64,000 nt of DNA from NCBI GenBank assembly GCA_044222185.1, contig JBGANV010000009.1, positions 32,001 to 96,000 on the forward strand. The letters run 5' to 3'. This DNA comes from Planctomycetota bacterium (GTDB lineage: Bacteria; Planctomycetota; GCA-002687715; CAIWVZ01). Below the pieces are notes generated by a model, which was given only the letters and a program-made list of their open reading frames with translations, did not search any database and was not told where the DNA came from. The translations under genes and the position numbers were made by a program. This document shows, piece after piece, positions 8,179 to 17,936 of this stretch (its first letter is position 1; each line of letters begins with the position of its first letter).

Positions 8179-10257
8179 ATGGTTGGCGTGATGGAATCTG
8201 CACCCGACGACAGGTCTGCGCCCGCCGGTCCAGGGCTCGGTTCGTGGTTCGGGTGCGCCGTTCGATCGACGAGGGACTTCAGCGTCGTGGCCGTCCTCGT
8301 CGACGCCGCCTCGCTCACTCTTTCGGGAAGCGGCGGCGTGAGCGCAGCCCTTCGCGTGCTCGTCGTGTCTCTCGCGAGCGCCGTCCTGTGCGCCGGTGCC
8401 GCGGCGCTCGCGGCGCTCGGGGTCACGGGTGCAAGCGTCGCTCCGATCCGTTCTGCGCGTCGGCGGGGCCTCGTCGCCGGGATCGTGTTTGGCCTCATGG
8501 TCGGGTGCGTGCTGTGGCTTGCCGGGGGCTCGCTTCTCTCCGGACGCGGGATCTCGGGACAACCCTGGATCGGCACGGCGCGACTCGTGTTCTCCGTTTC
8601 GACGTGGGGCGTCGTACCACTCGCCATGGCAGTCGCCTGGTCGTGGCGGGCGCGGCGCGCGGCAGCCGGGAGCTGGGCCGCGTCCCGCGTGCGACGCTTC
8701 GTCTGGTGGGCAACGGCGGCGATCGGCGCCGTGTTCGTCGGCCTCGATTGGACGGTGTATCCGCTCCTCTATCCCGTCGGTCACATCGCCCTGTGGTTCC
8801 TCGTGGGGCTCTGCGTCTTCGTCCTGAGGTGGTTGCGGCCGCGCGGGGAAGGACCCGCGAGCTTCCGGACTGCTGCGTGCAGCGTCGCGGTGCTCGCTGC
8901 GGCGGCCGCGGTTCTCTGGATCGATCCGCTCTCCGGCGATTCCACGGCGCGCGCGTCGGCGTTCAGGCAGACACGCTTCCTGCGCCGCGCCCTTCCGCAC
9001 CTGCGTGCGATCAGCCCGGATGCGGCGCGTCCCATCGATCCCGCGACGCTCGATCGTCTGCGCGCGGGCGGCCGGCTGGACGGGGAGACGCTCGATCGCG
9101 CGATCCCGGGCCGCCGCAAGCTCAACGTCGTGTTCATCAGCATCGACGCGTTGCGCGCGGATCGTCTCCATCGGAACGGCTACGCGCGTGACCTGACCCC
9201 CAACCTGGACGCGTTGCTTGCAAAGGGGACCTACTTCCGCAGCGCTTGGACGATCTACCCCTACACCATGTTCGCGTTCTCCGGTCTGTTTCGAGGCTGC
9301 TACGCCTCCGGCACGGACGCGTACCCGGAGATCCTCCGACCCGGGACGACCTTCGCGGGAACGCGCAAGCCGACGCTCGGCGGACTCCTCTCCGCTGCGG
9401 GATGGCGAAGCGAGGCCGTCGTCGGATTCCCAACGTTCGTTTGCAGCTACTTCCGGCGCGATCACGAGGGCTTCGGCGCACTGAACAAGAAAGCGGAGCG
9501 AAGCTGGTTCCTGCGGCCACTGGTCGCCGAGGAGGTCACCTCGCTCGCTCTCGACGCGCTCGACCGAGACCCCGACAAACCGTTCTTCCTCTGGGTGCAC
9601 TACTTCGATCCGCACGCGCCCTACGACCCGCCGGGCGATCGGCCTTTCGGCACGGCGAAGCCCGACCTGTACGACAACGAAATCCTCTACATGGATCGGG
9701 AGCTGGGGCGCTTCCTCGACGGGATCCGAGCCCGGGGCCGCATGTCGGACACGGCATTCTTCGTGCTCTCGGACCACGGTGAGGACCTCGTCGAGTTCGA
9801 CCATGGCACCGCTCTGACCGAGGAGCAGATTCACGTACCTGTCGGCATCGTGATTCCCGGCGCCGAGCCGCGAGAGATCGGCTCGCCGGTCGATCTCGCC
9901 AGCCTCATGCCGACGGCGTTGGAGCTGCTCGGGTTGCCGATCCCGGCGACCGTGCACGGGCGGTCGTTGCTCCCGTTCGTCCTCCTCGGCGATGCAAAGG
10001 CGGAGAGCCGCGGGGCTTTTCCGCCGCCGCTGGCGTTCGTCGAACTGGGTTCCGTCGAGGAGAAGCGGGGGCCTCCGCCCCAGCTCGCGGTGCGAGAGAA
10101 CGACTGGAAGCTCGTTCATCACGCGGACGCGGACACGTACAGCGTGTTCGACCTTCGCGCCGATCCGCAGGAGGCGCACGACGTTGCGCCGGCTCGTCCC
10201 GACATGGTGGAGCACCTCCGGGGCATCCTCGATGCCTTCCGGGCGATGACGCGCTGA
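8179..10257 (+). CDS. Membrane-anchored sulfatase/alkaline-phosphatase-superfamily hydrolase or transferase
   Basis: Several N-terminal hydrophobic helices; NVVFISIDALRAD, TPNLD, HYFDPHAPY, YDNEI, SDHGE...HG, VPVGI. Confidence 0.88.
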   Translation: MVGVMESAPDDRSAPAGPGLGSWFGCAVRSTRDFSVVAVLVDAASLTLSGSGGVSAALRVLVVSLASAVLCAGAAALAALGVTGASVAPIRSARRRGLVAGIVFGLMVGCVLWLAGGSLLSGRGISGQPWIGTARLVFSVSTWGVVPLAMAVAWSWRARRAAAGSWAASRVRRFVWWATAAIGAVFVGLDWTVYPLLYPVGHIALWFLVGLCVFVLRWLRPRGEGPASFRTAACSVAVLAAAAAVLWIDPLSGDSTARASAFRQTRFLRRALPHLRAISPDAARPIDPATLDRLRAGGRLDGETLDRAIPGRRKLNVVFISIDALRADRLHRNGYARDLTPNLDALLAKGTYFRSAWTIYPYTMFAFSGLFRGCYASGTDAYPEILRPGTTFAGTRKPTLGGLLSAAGWRSEAVVGFPTFVCSYFRRDHEGFGALNKKAERSWFLRPLVAEEVTSLALDALDRDPDKPFFLWVHYFDPHAPYDPPGDRPFGTAKPDLYDNEILYMDRELGRFLDGIRARGRMSDTAFFVLSDHGEDLVEFDHGTALTEEQIHVPVGIVIPGAEPREIGSPVDLASLMPTALELLGLPIPATVHGRSLLPFVLLGDAKAESRGAFPPPLAFVELGSVEEKRGPPPQLAVRENDWKLVHHADADTYSVFDLRADPQEAHDVAPARPDMVEHLRGILDAFRAMTR

Positions 10258-10409
10258 GCGACGCCCGCGGTCCGCGGCTGCAGGGATCGGGTCGCCGGGC
10301 TCTCCTCACTTCAGTAAGCGCCATCCTTGGACCGAAAAACTCCTTGGTCCGTGCACACGCCCCGCGTCTGCCGGACGCGCGTTCCCGCGCCACGGAGGGT
10401 CGGCAGATC

Positions 10410-11441
10410 ATGTTCGCAAAAGCGAGGAGTTTCGTCGGACTCGACATCGGTTCGAGCGCCGTCAAAGCGGTCGAGCTCACGGACCGCAACGGCGCGCTCG
10501 AGGTCACGGGCTTCGGGCAGATCGAGGTCGGAGCGGAGGATCCCGCGGCTCGCTCGCGCGCGATCGCCGAGCTGATGCGCGAGGGCGGCTTCAAGAGCCG
10601 CCGCGTGATCACTGGCCTCTCCGGGAAGATGGTGATCGTTCGCTACCTCACGATGGTGAACATGAACGACGACGAGCTGAAGAACGCGATCGCGTTCGAG
10701 GCCGGCAAGTACGTTCCGTTCCCCCTCGAAGACTGCGTGATGGACTGCCAGCGGATCGAAAGCCCGGTCGATCGCGCCGGCCACGGCAACATGAACGTGT
10801 TGTTCGTCGCGGCCAAACGGTCACAGGTCGTCGAGCATCTCGAGATCATCAAGGCTGCAGGCTTCACGCCGGAGGTGGTCGACCTCGACGTGTTCGCTCT
10901 CAGCAATGCGTGGGCGCTCTCAGCGCCGGCGACCCCCGAAGGCGAGAAGCCCAAGACCGTCGCATTCGTCGACATCGGCGCGCAGAAGACGTGCTTGAAC
11001 ATCGCGATCGGCACCACGTCGCTGTTCACGCGCGAGATCTACTACGGTGGCCAGGACTTCACCCAGGCCGTCGGCCGCCGGATGAACGTCGAAGCGCGCG
11101 ACGCCGAAACGATCAAGCGAGAACCAGGCGAGAACGACGGACTCGTTCGCGAGGCCGTGCTCCCGACGATCGACGACCTCGGCAACGAGATCCAGCTCTC
11201 GTTCGATTACTTCGAGAACCAGTTCGAGCACGAGATCGACGAGATCCTGCTCTCTGGCGGAGGAAGCCGGCTCGAGATCGTCGTGGAGTCGTTCGAGAAG
11301 ATCTTCGAGAAGCCCACGACCGTGTTCAATCCCTTCGAGGCCCTCGCGATCAACTCGGCGATCGACGCCGATCTGCTCGCCTGCAACGCGGGGCGCCTGG
11401 CGGTGGCAGCGGGCTTCGCGGCCCGAGTCCGGAAGAACTGA
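10410..11441 (+). CDS. pilM: Type IV pilus assembly protein PilM
   Basis: GGAGG RBS; VGLDIGSSAVKAVEL actin-like motif, VDIGA, AETIK, EIQLSFDYF, LSGGG. Confidence 0.95.
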   Translation: MFAKARSFVGLDIGSSAVKAVELTDRNGALEVTGFGQIEVGAEDPAARSRAIAELMREGGFKSRRVITGLSGKMVIVRYLTMVNMNDDELKNAIAFEAGKYVPFPLEDCVMDCQRIESPVDRAGHGNMNVLFVAAKRSQVVEHLEIIKAAGFTPEVVDLDVFALSNAWALSAPATPEGEKPKTVAFVDIGAQKTCLNIAIGTTSLFTREIYYGGQDFTQAVGRRMNVEARDAETIKREPGENDGLVREAVLPTIDDLGNEIQLSFDYFENQFEHEIDEILLSGGGSRLEIVVESFEKIFEKPTTVFNPFEALAINSAIDADLLACNAGRLAVAAGFAARVRKN

Positions 11442-11444
11442 GCC

Positions 11445-12152
11445 ATGATGATTCGAATCAACCTGCTCCCGCAGGACTTCCGTCGCAAGGAATCGACCCC
11501 GTTCGCCGTCCTGGGACCGATGCTCGCGTGCATCGTCGTCACGCTCGGCGCGGGCTTCGCCTGGGCGTGGCTGCACTTTGCCGAGCTGAACACGCAGCTC
11601 GATCGGCTGTCGGAGCTGACCCAGGTGCTTCAATCCAAGGCTCGAGGCGTGGCGTACGTCGGCGCGCTGAAAGGCGAGCAGGACGACTTCGCCCTCCGCA
11701 AGCAGACGATCCAGGAGATCGCGGGCTCGCGCATGCTCTGGACGAAGAAGCTCGATCAGTTCTTCAACGTCGCCACGAGCGACGAGGACGGTCAGCAGTA
11801 CCTCATCTGGTTGAACACCTTGGAAGTGAAGCCTCCGCCGGGCACCGGCGGCTCCAACAAGAACCCGGTGGGCGAGACCGTTTCGATGAAGGGGTATTGC
11901 CTCGCGGAGCAGAACCCGCTGCAGCACTACAACACCTTCCACGCGGCCATTCGGAATTCCGAGTTCTTCACCGATTTCGTCAGCCTCGACGATCCGTCGG
12001 GCAAGTCCGTGGAATTCGACGACGGGATGCAGCCATCGTCCGCATGGGACATCGATCTGTCGATGATCATGAAGCCGCGTGAGCTGCCGAAGGGGAAGAA
12101 GGCGGCGCAACCACCCACCAACCGCATCGCGGAAGCGGGCAGCAAGAAGTGA
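11445..12152 (+). CDS. pilN: Type IV pilus assembly protein PilN
   Basis: MIRINLLP PilM-binding motif, one TM helix, coiled coil; follows pilM. Confidence 0.9.
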   Translation: MMIRINLLPQDFRRKESTPFAVLGPMLACIVVTLGAGFAWAWLHFAELNTQLDRLSELTQVLQSKARGVAYVGALKGEQDDFALRKQTIQEIAGSRMLWTKKLDQFFNVATSDEDGQQYLIWLNTLEVKPPPGTGGSNKNPVGETVSMKGYCLAEQNPLQHYNTFHAAIRNSEFFTDFVSLDDPSGKSVEFDDGMQPSSAWDIDLSMIMKPRELPKGKKAAQPPTNRIAEAGSKK

Positions 12153-12171
12153 TCTGCAAGGAGCCGTGACT

Positions 12172-13734
12172 GTGGCGGACATCAGACAACACAAGAAGAC
12201 GCTCTGGATCACGATCGGCGTCTGCGTAGTGGGGATCGGTGGCTTCGGCTGGTTCGGGTACCAGGACTGGCTGGCCCGCGACGAAGCGATCACGAAGATC
12301 GCTTCGACTCAGACGGAGATCGAGCGCTCCGAACAGCAGATCCGAAGCATCCCCGAACTCGAAGAGCGCGTGATCGCGCTCCGCGAGAGCGTCAAGGAGT
12401 GCGCGCGGATCCTGCCGGACGACAAGGAGATCAACTCCTTCGTCCAGCAGCTGACGGAGTTCGCGTCGAAGGCCGGCGTGCGGATCATCAAGCTCGACGA
12501 CGAAGACGCGCGCGTCCGTTCGAGTCGCAACAAGAAGGGCGCGACGGCCACGTTCGATCGCGTCGTCTACAAGATCAGCCTCGAGGGTCAGGTCGAGCAG
12601 GTCCTGCGGTTCATGGATCTGTTCGAGGGGCACGAGCGATTCGTGCGCATTTCGACCTTCAAGATCGTTCACCACGCTCAAGCGCAGCCCGGCGTCGATG
12701 CGCTGACGATTCCGCACCAGGTCGACATCGAGTTGGAGACCTACGTCTACAACCCGAAGACGAAGAACTACACCCAGGTCGAGATCCCGCAGGAGGCCAT
12801 GAAGGTCGAGAAGCTGCGACAGTCTGGCAAGGTCCCGGCGGATCCCATGGCCGAGGTTCACCTCGCCGTCTACCACCGCGATGCTCCACGCGATCGCCGC
12901 GACATCTTCCTCGACCCGCGTCTCGTCGGTGACAAGAAGGCCCGCGAGGCCGAGGCTGCGCGCAAGAAGGGCGAGGAAGTCATCAGCCAGTTCGCGGAGA
13001 AGCTGAAGGAAGTGATCGGGAGCATCACGGCCGAGGCGAAGATCGAGAATACGGTCCGGCGCCTCCAGCAACGCGAGAAGACCGATCAGCTCGTGAAGGA
13101 CCTGGGCGCGTCCATCGCCAAGCACAAGGCGGAGACGCCGTTCACGGACGACAAGTTGAAGGAGCGATTCTCGAGGGACGTCGAGCGTCCCTTCGACGAG
13201 ATCGTGCGGGCGCGTGCCAGCGGAGACGACAACACCGCGCAGGCCTTCGCAGTCGAGCACTTGCAGGATCTCATCGGGCGCATGAAGACGGCCGGCGACG
13301 AAGGTCGCTGGGAAGACGTCGTGAGCGTCGGCGACGAGGTCGGCCAGCTGAAGCGCACGGCACCCGATGCCAAGCCGATCCAGGACCTGTTCAAGCAGGC
13401 CGAGAACTTCGAGCGGGTCGCGAAGATCCACATCGAGTTCAAGTCGCGGTCGTACACGTTCGGCGGAGCCGTCTGCTACCAGAGCGATCCGACGCACGCC
13501 GTCGTCATCATCAACGGGCGTCCCTATTCCCCCGGCGAGACCGTCGACGGGGAAGTGCGCGTGAAGACGATCACCCCTGCAGAAGTGACGTTCGAGTTCC
13601 GTGGTGTGACGCTGACGGAGGCGATCAAGTCGTCGGTCGGTGGAACACCTAACTCGGGAAATACCAACGGCGCGAGAAAGAAAACATCGCGGCCCGGCGT
13701 GTTGCCGGCCGATCAGAAGAGAAGGGGCGGCTGA
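12172..13734 (+). CDS. pilO: PilO-like protein with long C-terminal extension ending in a GspB/PilP-like beta domain
   Basis: AAGGAG RBS and GTG 12172; TM helix, coiled coil, ILPDDKEINSFVQQL...LEGQVEQVLRFMDLFEGHERFVRI (PilO); ~300 extra aa ending VIINGRPYSPGETVDGEVRVKTITPAEVTFEFRG. Confidence 0.8.
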   Translation: MADIRQHKKTLWITIGVCVVGIGGFGWFGYQDWLARDEAITKIASTQTEIERSEQQIRSIPELEERVIALRESVKECARILPDDKEINSFVQQLTEFASKAGVRIIKLDDEDARVRSSRNKKGATATFDRVVYKISLEGQVEQVLRFMDLFEGHERFVRISTFKIVHHAQAQPGVDALTIPHQVDIELETYVYNPKTKNYTQVEIPQEAMKVEKLRQSGKVPADPMAEVHLAVYHRDAPRDRRDIFLDPRLVGDKKAREAEAARKKGEEVISQFAEKLKEVIGSITAEAKIENTVRRLQQREKTDQLVKDLGASIAKHKAETPFTDDKLKERFSRDVERPFDEIVRARASGDDNTAQAFAVEHLQDLIGRMKTAGDEGRWEDVVSVGDEVGQLKRTAPDAKPIQDLFKQAENFERVAKIHIEFKSRSYTFGGAVCYQSDPTHAVVIINGRPYSPGETVDGEVRVKTITPAEVTFEFRGVTLTEAIKSSVGGTPNSGNTNGARKKTSRPGVLPADQKRRGG

Positions 13735-13838
13735 GCACCGCCAAAGGAACGTCGTGCAGCGCCGGCCAAGGCCGGCAACGGCGCGGTGGGTCCCGTGAAG
13801 AGGGATGACTCATCGCACCGTCTCCGAGGAGGCTACTC

Positions 13839-15962
13839 ATGGTGATTCGGGAAGAGGGAATCCGGGGAAATCGCGGCTGCGCCGTCGCAGCGATCGCGTT
13901 GGCGTTCGTTCTGGGACTGCCGGCCATCGGCCAGCATCCGGTCTCCAGTCGTCGTGACTCGCCGGACAAGAACGACACGCGCGTGTCGCTCCACGTCAAG
14001 GAGCAACCCATCGCCGACGTGATCGCGACCATTCGTGACCGGGCCGGCGTGAACATCGTCCTGGCCGACGGGATCGACGAGAAGGTCACGATCGACCTCG
14101 AGCTCGTCCCGTGGCGTCTTGCACTGGAGACCGTCGCCGAGAAGGCGGGGTGCGTGCTCGTCGAGAAGGCGGCGAACCTCATCCGCATCGAGCAGCCGCC
14201 GCGCGTGACGTTCGAATTCGCCGGCGCCGACATCCGCGTCGTCGTCGACGCCATCGCGAAGGTCGCCGGTGCGTCCGTCGTGCTGGCTCCGAACGTCGAG
14301 GGCGCGGTCTACCTCCGCATCAGCGACGTCCCGTGGCGCACGGCACTCGACACGGTCGCGAAGTCACTGGGCTTCGTCGTCGTCGAAGAGCCGTGGAACA
14401 TCCTGCGCGTCGTCAGCCCGGCGTCCCTCGAGACGCAGATGGAGACGCGCATCTTCCCCATGAAGTACCTGCGCCCGCCGGCGCCCTACGTCCCGAAGAT
14501 CAAGACGGAGTACGCCGAAGGTTCGGTGAAGGCCCCGTCGCAGGATCCCGAGAAGGACTTCACGCTGATCAAGTCGATGCGCAACGCCCTGTCCAACGGC
14601 GGCAAGCTCGACTACATCAGCCGATACAACATGATCGTTGTGAAGGACATCCCGCCCGTCATCGCGCAGATCGAGAAGATCCTGCAGGAAGTTGACGTCG
14701 AGCCGTCGCAGATCTTCGTCGACGTCAAGTTCGTCACGACGACCAACACGGACGCCCTGACGTACGGCTTCGACATCAGCGACCAGGGAATTCGTGCGGG
14801 CATCTCCGGCGGCGCCATCCCGACGCGGCTCCCGTTCAACTTGGGCGGCGGCGGCTGGAACAACGCGCTGATCGCAAACGAAGGCGGGCACACGCCGGGC
14901 TTGAGCGAGGCCGACACGCTCAGCGCCATGACGTTCGGCACGCTCGACTTCACGAAGACGACGTTCACGTTGGACCTCCTCAAGAAGGACGAGCGATCGC
15001 GGATCGTCCAGGCGCCCAAGCTCATGGCGCTCGACAACCAGGAAGCGACGATCTTCGTGGGTCGCACGATCCGCTACGCCCAGACGGAAGCGTCGGCGGC
15101 TCAGAACGGTGGCTTGACCTACTCGATCAAGGAGGCTGACAACTCCCCGGTCCAGACGGGCTTCCAGCTCTACATGATCCCGCACGTCATCCCCGGATCG
15201 AACAAGATCATGATGACGCTGATCCCCGAGGCCGAGCAGCTCGTCGGCAACAGCGACGATCCGCGCCTCGCCGGGTTCCAGATCTTCAAGTCGGGCGAAG
15301 GCACGCCGAACGAGGTGTCGATCGCGTTGCCGCAGGTGGCGTCGAGCACGCTCGTCACGACGCTCTTGATCGAGTCGGGTCACACGGCCGTCATCGGCGG
15401 CCTCATCACCGAGACCGAGACGGAGCGCGTGAACAAGGTTCCGATCCTCGGCGACATCCCGTTCCTCGACTTCTTCTTCAAGAGCACGAAGAAGGCGCGA
15501 GTGCAGGAGAGCTTGATCATCTTCATCACGCCGCGAATCGTGCGCGATTCGGGCGAGGTCGATCAGCTCGTCGATGCGGAGACGCTGCGCCGTCAGAAGG
15601 CCGTCGAGGAAGAGATCGAGAAGATCTACTTCGGCGTGAAGCTGACCCCGCCCTCGTGGAAGCTCGAGAAGGAAGGCGGAAAGGCTGACGCCCCAGGCGC
15701 CGAGACCGGCCCGGCCAAGCACGCGCCAGGCACGTTCGAGAACGTCACGGAGCAGGGGGCGGCCGGTGGAACCGCGCCGCAAACGGGGAACGGCGCGCCA
15801 GCTGGCGAGACCGGGAACGCGAACGGGGGCACGACGCCACCGAACGCCGAGAACAACCCGGTGGCGCCTGGCAATCCGAACGGCCAGGAGGGGACGACGC
15901 CGCCAGTCGAGACTCCCGCCAAGCCGAACGAAGGCGAGACGCCGCCGAACGGCGGCGGTTGA
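13839..15962 (+). CDS. pilQ: Secretin (PilQ/GspD family)
   Basis: Two N0/STN-like domains, N3 domain (YNMIVVKDIP...DVEPSQIFVDVKFV), QAPKLMALDNQEATIFVG, VIGGLI...KVPILGDIPFL..FF, LIIFITPRIV. Confidence 0.93.
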   Translation: MVIREEGIRGNRGCAVAAIALAFVLGLPAIGQHPVSSRRDSPDKNDTRVSLHVKEQPIADVIATIRDRAGVNIVLADGIDEKVTIDLELVPWRLALETVAEKAGCVLVEKAANLIRIEQPPRVTFEFAGADIRVVVDAIAKVAGASVVLAPNVEGAVYLRISDVPWRTALDTVAKSLGFVVVEEPWNILRVVSPASLETQMETRIFPMKYLRPPAPYVPKIKTEYAEGSVKAPSQDPEKDFTLIKSMRNALSNGGKLDYISRYNMIVVKDIPPVIAQIEKILQEVDVEPSQIFVDVKFVTTTNTDALTYGFDISDQGIRAGISGGAIPTRLPFNLGGGGWNNALIANEGGHTPGLSEADTLSAMTFGTLDFTKTTFTLDLLKKDERSRIVQAPKLMALDNQEATIFVGRTIRYAQTEASAAQNGGLTYSIKEADNSPVQTGFQLYMIPHVIPGSNKIMMTLIPEAEQLVGNSDDPRLAGFQIFKSGEGTPNEVSIALPQVASSTLVTTLLIESGHTAVIGGLITETETERVNKVPILGDIPFLDFFFKSTKKARVQESLIIFITPRIVRDSGEVDQLVDAETLRRQKAVEEEIEKIYFGVKLTPPSWKLEKEGGKADAPGAETGPAKHAPGTFENVTEQGAAGGTAPQTGNGAPAGETGNANGGTTPPNAENNPVAPGNPNGQEGTTPPVETPAKPNEGETPPNGGG

Positions 15963-15976
15963 TCCGCGATTGGATG

Positions 15977-15998
15977 CAGGGCGGCATCCGTCGCCCTG
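15977..15998 (+). terminator. Stem-loop after the secretin (possible terminator or mRNA stabiliser)
   Basis: CAGGGCGGC-ATCC-GTCGCCCTG; no U-tract. Confidence 0.35.
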
Positions 15999-16127
15999 TG
16001 GCCTCAGGTTCTCGTCTGAGCGAATCGGCGCCGCGCATCCGTGCGGCGCCGTGTTCGTTCCATGCCATGCCGAACGGGTCGCCCGCTCAGCCAACGGCAG
16101 CCCGCTTCGTGTATAAGCGTCGGTCCG

Positions 16128-17936
16128 ATGGCACCGACGCACCAGCGACCCACGGGCCTGAACCACGGAATCGTCGGAAACGGCAGCATCCTCGCCCTCA
16201 TCTCGCCGACGAGTGCGGTCGAGTGGCTCTGCCTTCCGCGCTTCGACTCGCCGTCGTTCTTCGGGCGGTTGCTCGACGCCGGCCGCGGAGGCACGTTTCG
16301 GATCCTGGATCCCACGGGCGAGATCACGGGACGACTCGAGTACGTGCAGGACACGAACGTCCTGATGACCCGATTCGAGAGCGACGATGCGGTGTGGGAG
16401 GTCCTCGACTTCGCCCCGCGCCTTCCTGACGGCTGGGGAACGCGTGCGCCACGCGAGCTGATCCGCATCGTTCGACCGATCCGTGGAACTCCACGCGTCG
16501 TCGTCGATTTCGACCCGCGGCCGGACTACGGGCGTGCGCGCCCGGAACTCGTTGACGTGGGCAACGGGATCCAGGTGCACGGGGCCGAGGTCCCGGTGAC
16601 TCTGCTCACCGACGCACCGCCCGCGTACATCCTCGGGCGGCGTCCGTTTCTCCTGACGGCGCCCGTGCACTTCCGCCTGGTGTATGGGCGCGTCGGCGGC
16701 GCCGTGGACGCGGCCACCATCGGGCACGAGCTGGGCTCGACGATCGAAGGTTGGCGTGCGTGGGCACGGACGTGCGCGCTGCCCATCTTCGAGCCCGCTG
16801 CCGTGCTTCGCTCGGCCCTTTGTCTCAAGCTCCACGCCTACCAGGAGACGGGCGCGATCATCGCGGCCGCAACCACGAGCATTCCCGAAGCCATGGGGAC
16901 CGAGCGCACGTGGGACTATCGGTTCTGCTGGCTGCGCGATGCCGCGTTCACGGTGGATGCCTTGCGACGCCTGTCGCACCTGGCCGAGGGCGCACGGTTC
17001 ATTCACTTCCTACGGAACGTCGCCGAATCGGGTCCGCTCCAACCCGTCTACGGCATCGACGGACGCCGCGATCTCGAGGAAGTCATGCTGCCGCATCTCT
17101 CCGGATTCGCGGGCAACGGCCACGTTCGCATCGGCAATGCTGCGGCTATCCAGCGTCAGAACGATTTGTTCGGTGAGTTGATCCTCTGCCTTTCGTCGCT
17201 GCTGGAGGATCCGCGTTCGCTCGAGGCGGAGCGAACGGGCTACATGCCGCTCGTCGAGCGACTCGTGGAGGAGGCCGTGGCCGCAGCGCCGACGGATGAC
17301 ATGGGCATCTGGGAATTTCGCACGATGCTCAAACCGCACACGTTCTCCCACGCGATGTGTTGGGCGGCCATCGATCGCGGGTCGCGTGTCGCACGAGTCT
17401 GCGGCCGCCCGGACCTCGCGGCCCGGTGGGAGGGAATCTCCGCGACCGAGCGGACGACGGTGCTCGAGCGCGGATTCAACGCCTCTCGTGGCTACTTCAC
17501 GCAGGCGCTCGACGGAGAGAACCCCGACGCGTCCAATCTGTTGCTCGCGTCCATCGGCCTGATTGACGGCCGCGATCCCCGGTTCGTTTCCACAGTCGAT
17601 GCCTACGAGAAACTCCTGGGGCGCGACGGCTTGATGCTTCGATATCGCACACCCGACGATCTGGGACTGGCGACGAGCGCGTTCACGATCTGCAGTTTCT
17701 GGCAGGTGGAGGCGCTCGCCTTGTCGGGTCGCCTCGACGACGCGATCGACAGGTTCCGCTACCTCCTCAGATTCGCGAACCCGGTCGGGCTGTTCTCGGA
17801 GGACATCGACCCGCCGACGGGCGCTCTGCTCGGAAACTTCCCCCAGGCGTACACGCACGTCGGCCTCGTCAACGCCGCGATGACGATCGGCGGCTTGCTC
17901 GAGGCGCGCGAAGGGCGGATCCGGACGTGGAGGTGA
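16128..17936 (+). CDS. Glycoside hydrolase family 15 (glucoamylase/trehalase-like)
   Basis: WLCLPRFDSPSFF, GAIIAAATTSIPE...WDYRFCWLRDA, VRIGNAA..Q.QND, GIWEFR, GLFSED...GNFPQAYTH. Confidence 0.95.
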   Translation: MAPTHQRPTGLNHGIVGNGSILALISPTSAVEWLCLPRFDSPSFFGRLLDAGRGGTFRILDPTGEITGRLEYVQDTNVLMTRFESDDAVWEVLDFAPRLPDGWGTRAPRELIRIVRPIRGTPRVVVDFDPRPDYGRARPELVDVGNGIQVHGAEVPVTLLTDAPPAYILGRRPFLLTAPVHFRLVYGRVGGAVDAATIGHELGSTIEGWRAWARTCALPIFEPAAVLRSALCLKLHAYQETGAIIAAATTSIPEAMGTERTWDYRFCWLRDAAFTVDALRRLSHLAEGARFIHFLRNVAESGPLQPVYGIDGRRDLEEVMLPHLSGFAGNGHVRIGNAAAIQRQNDLFGELILCLSSLLEDPRSLEAERTGYMPLVERLVEEAVAAAPTDDMGIWEFRTMLKPHTFSHAMCWAAIDRGSRVARVCGRPDLAARWEGISATERTTVLERGFNASRGYFTQALDGENPDASNLLLASIGLIDGRDPRFVSTVDAYEKLLGRDGLMLRYRTPDDLGLATSAFTICSFWQVEALALSGRLDDAIDRFRYLLRFANPVGLFSEDIDPPTGALLGNFPQAYTHVGLVNAAMTIGGLLEAREGRIRTWR

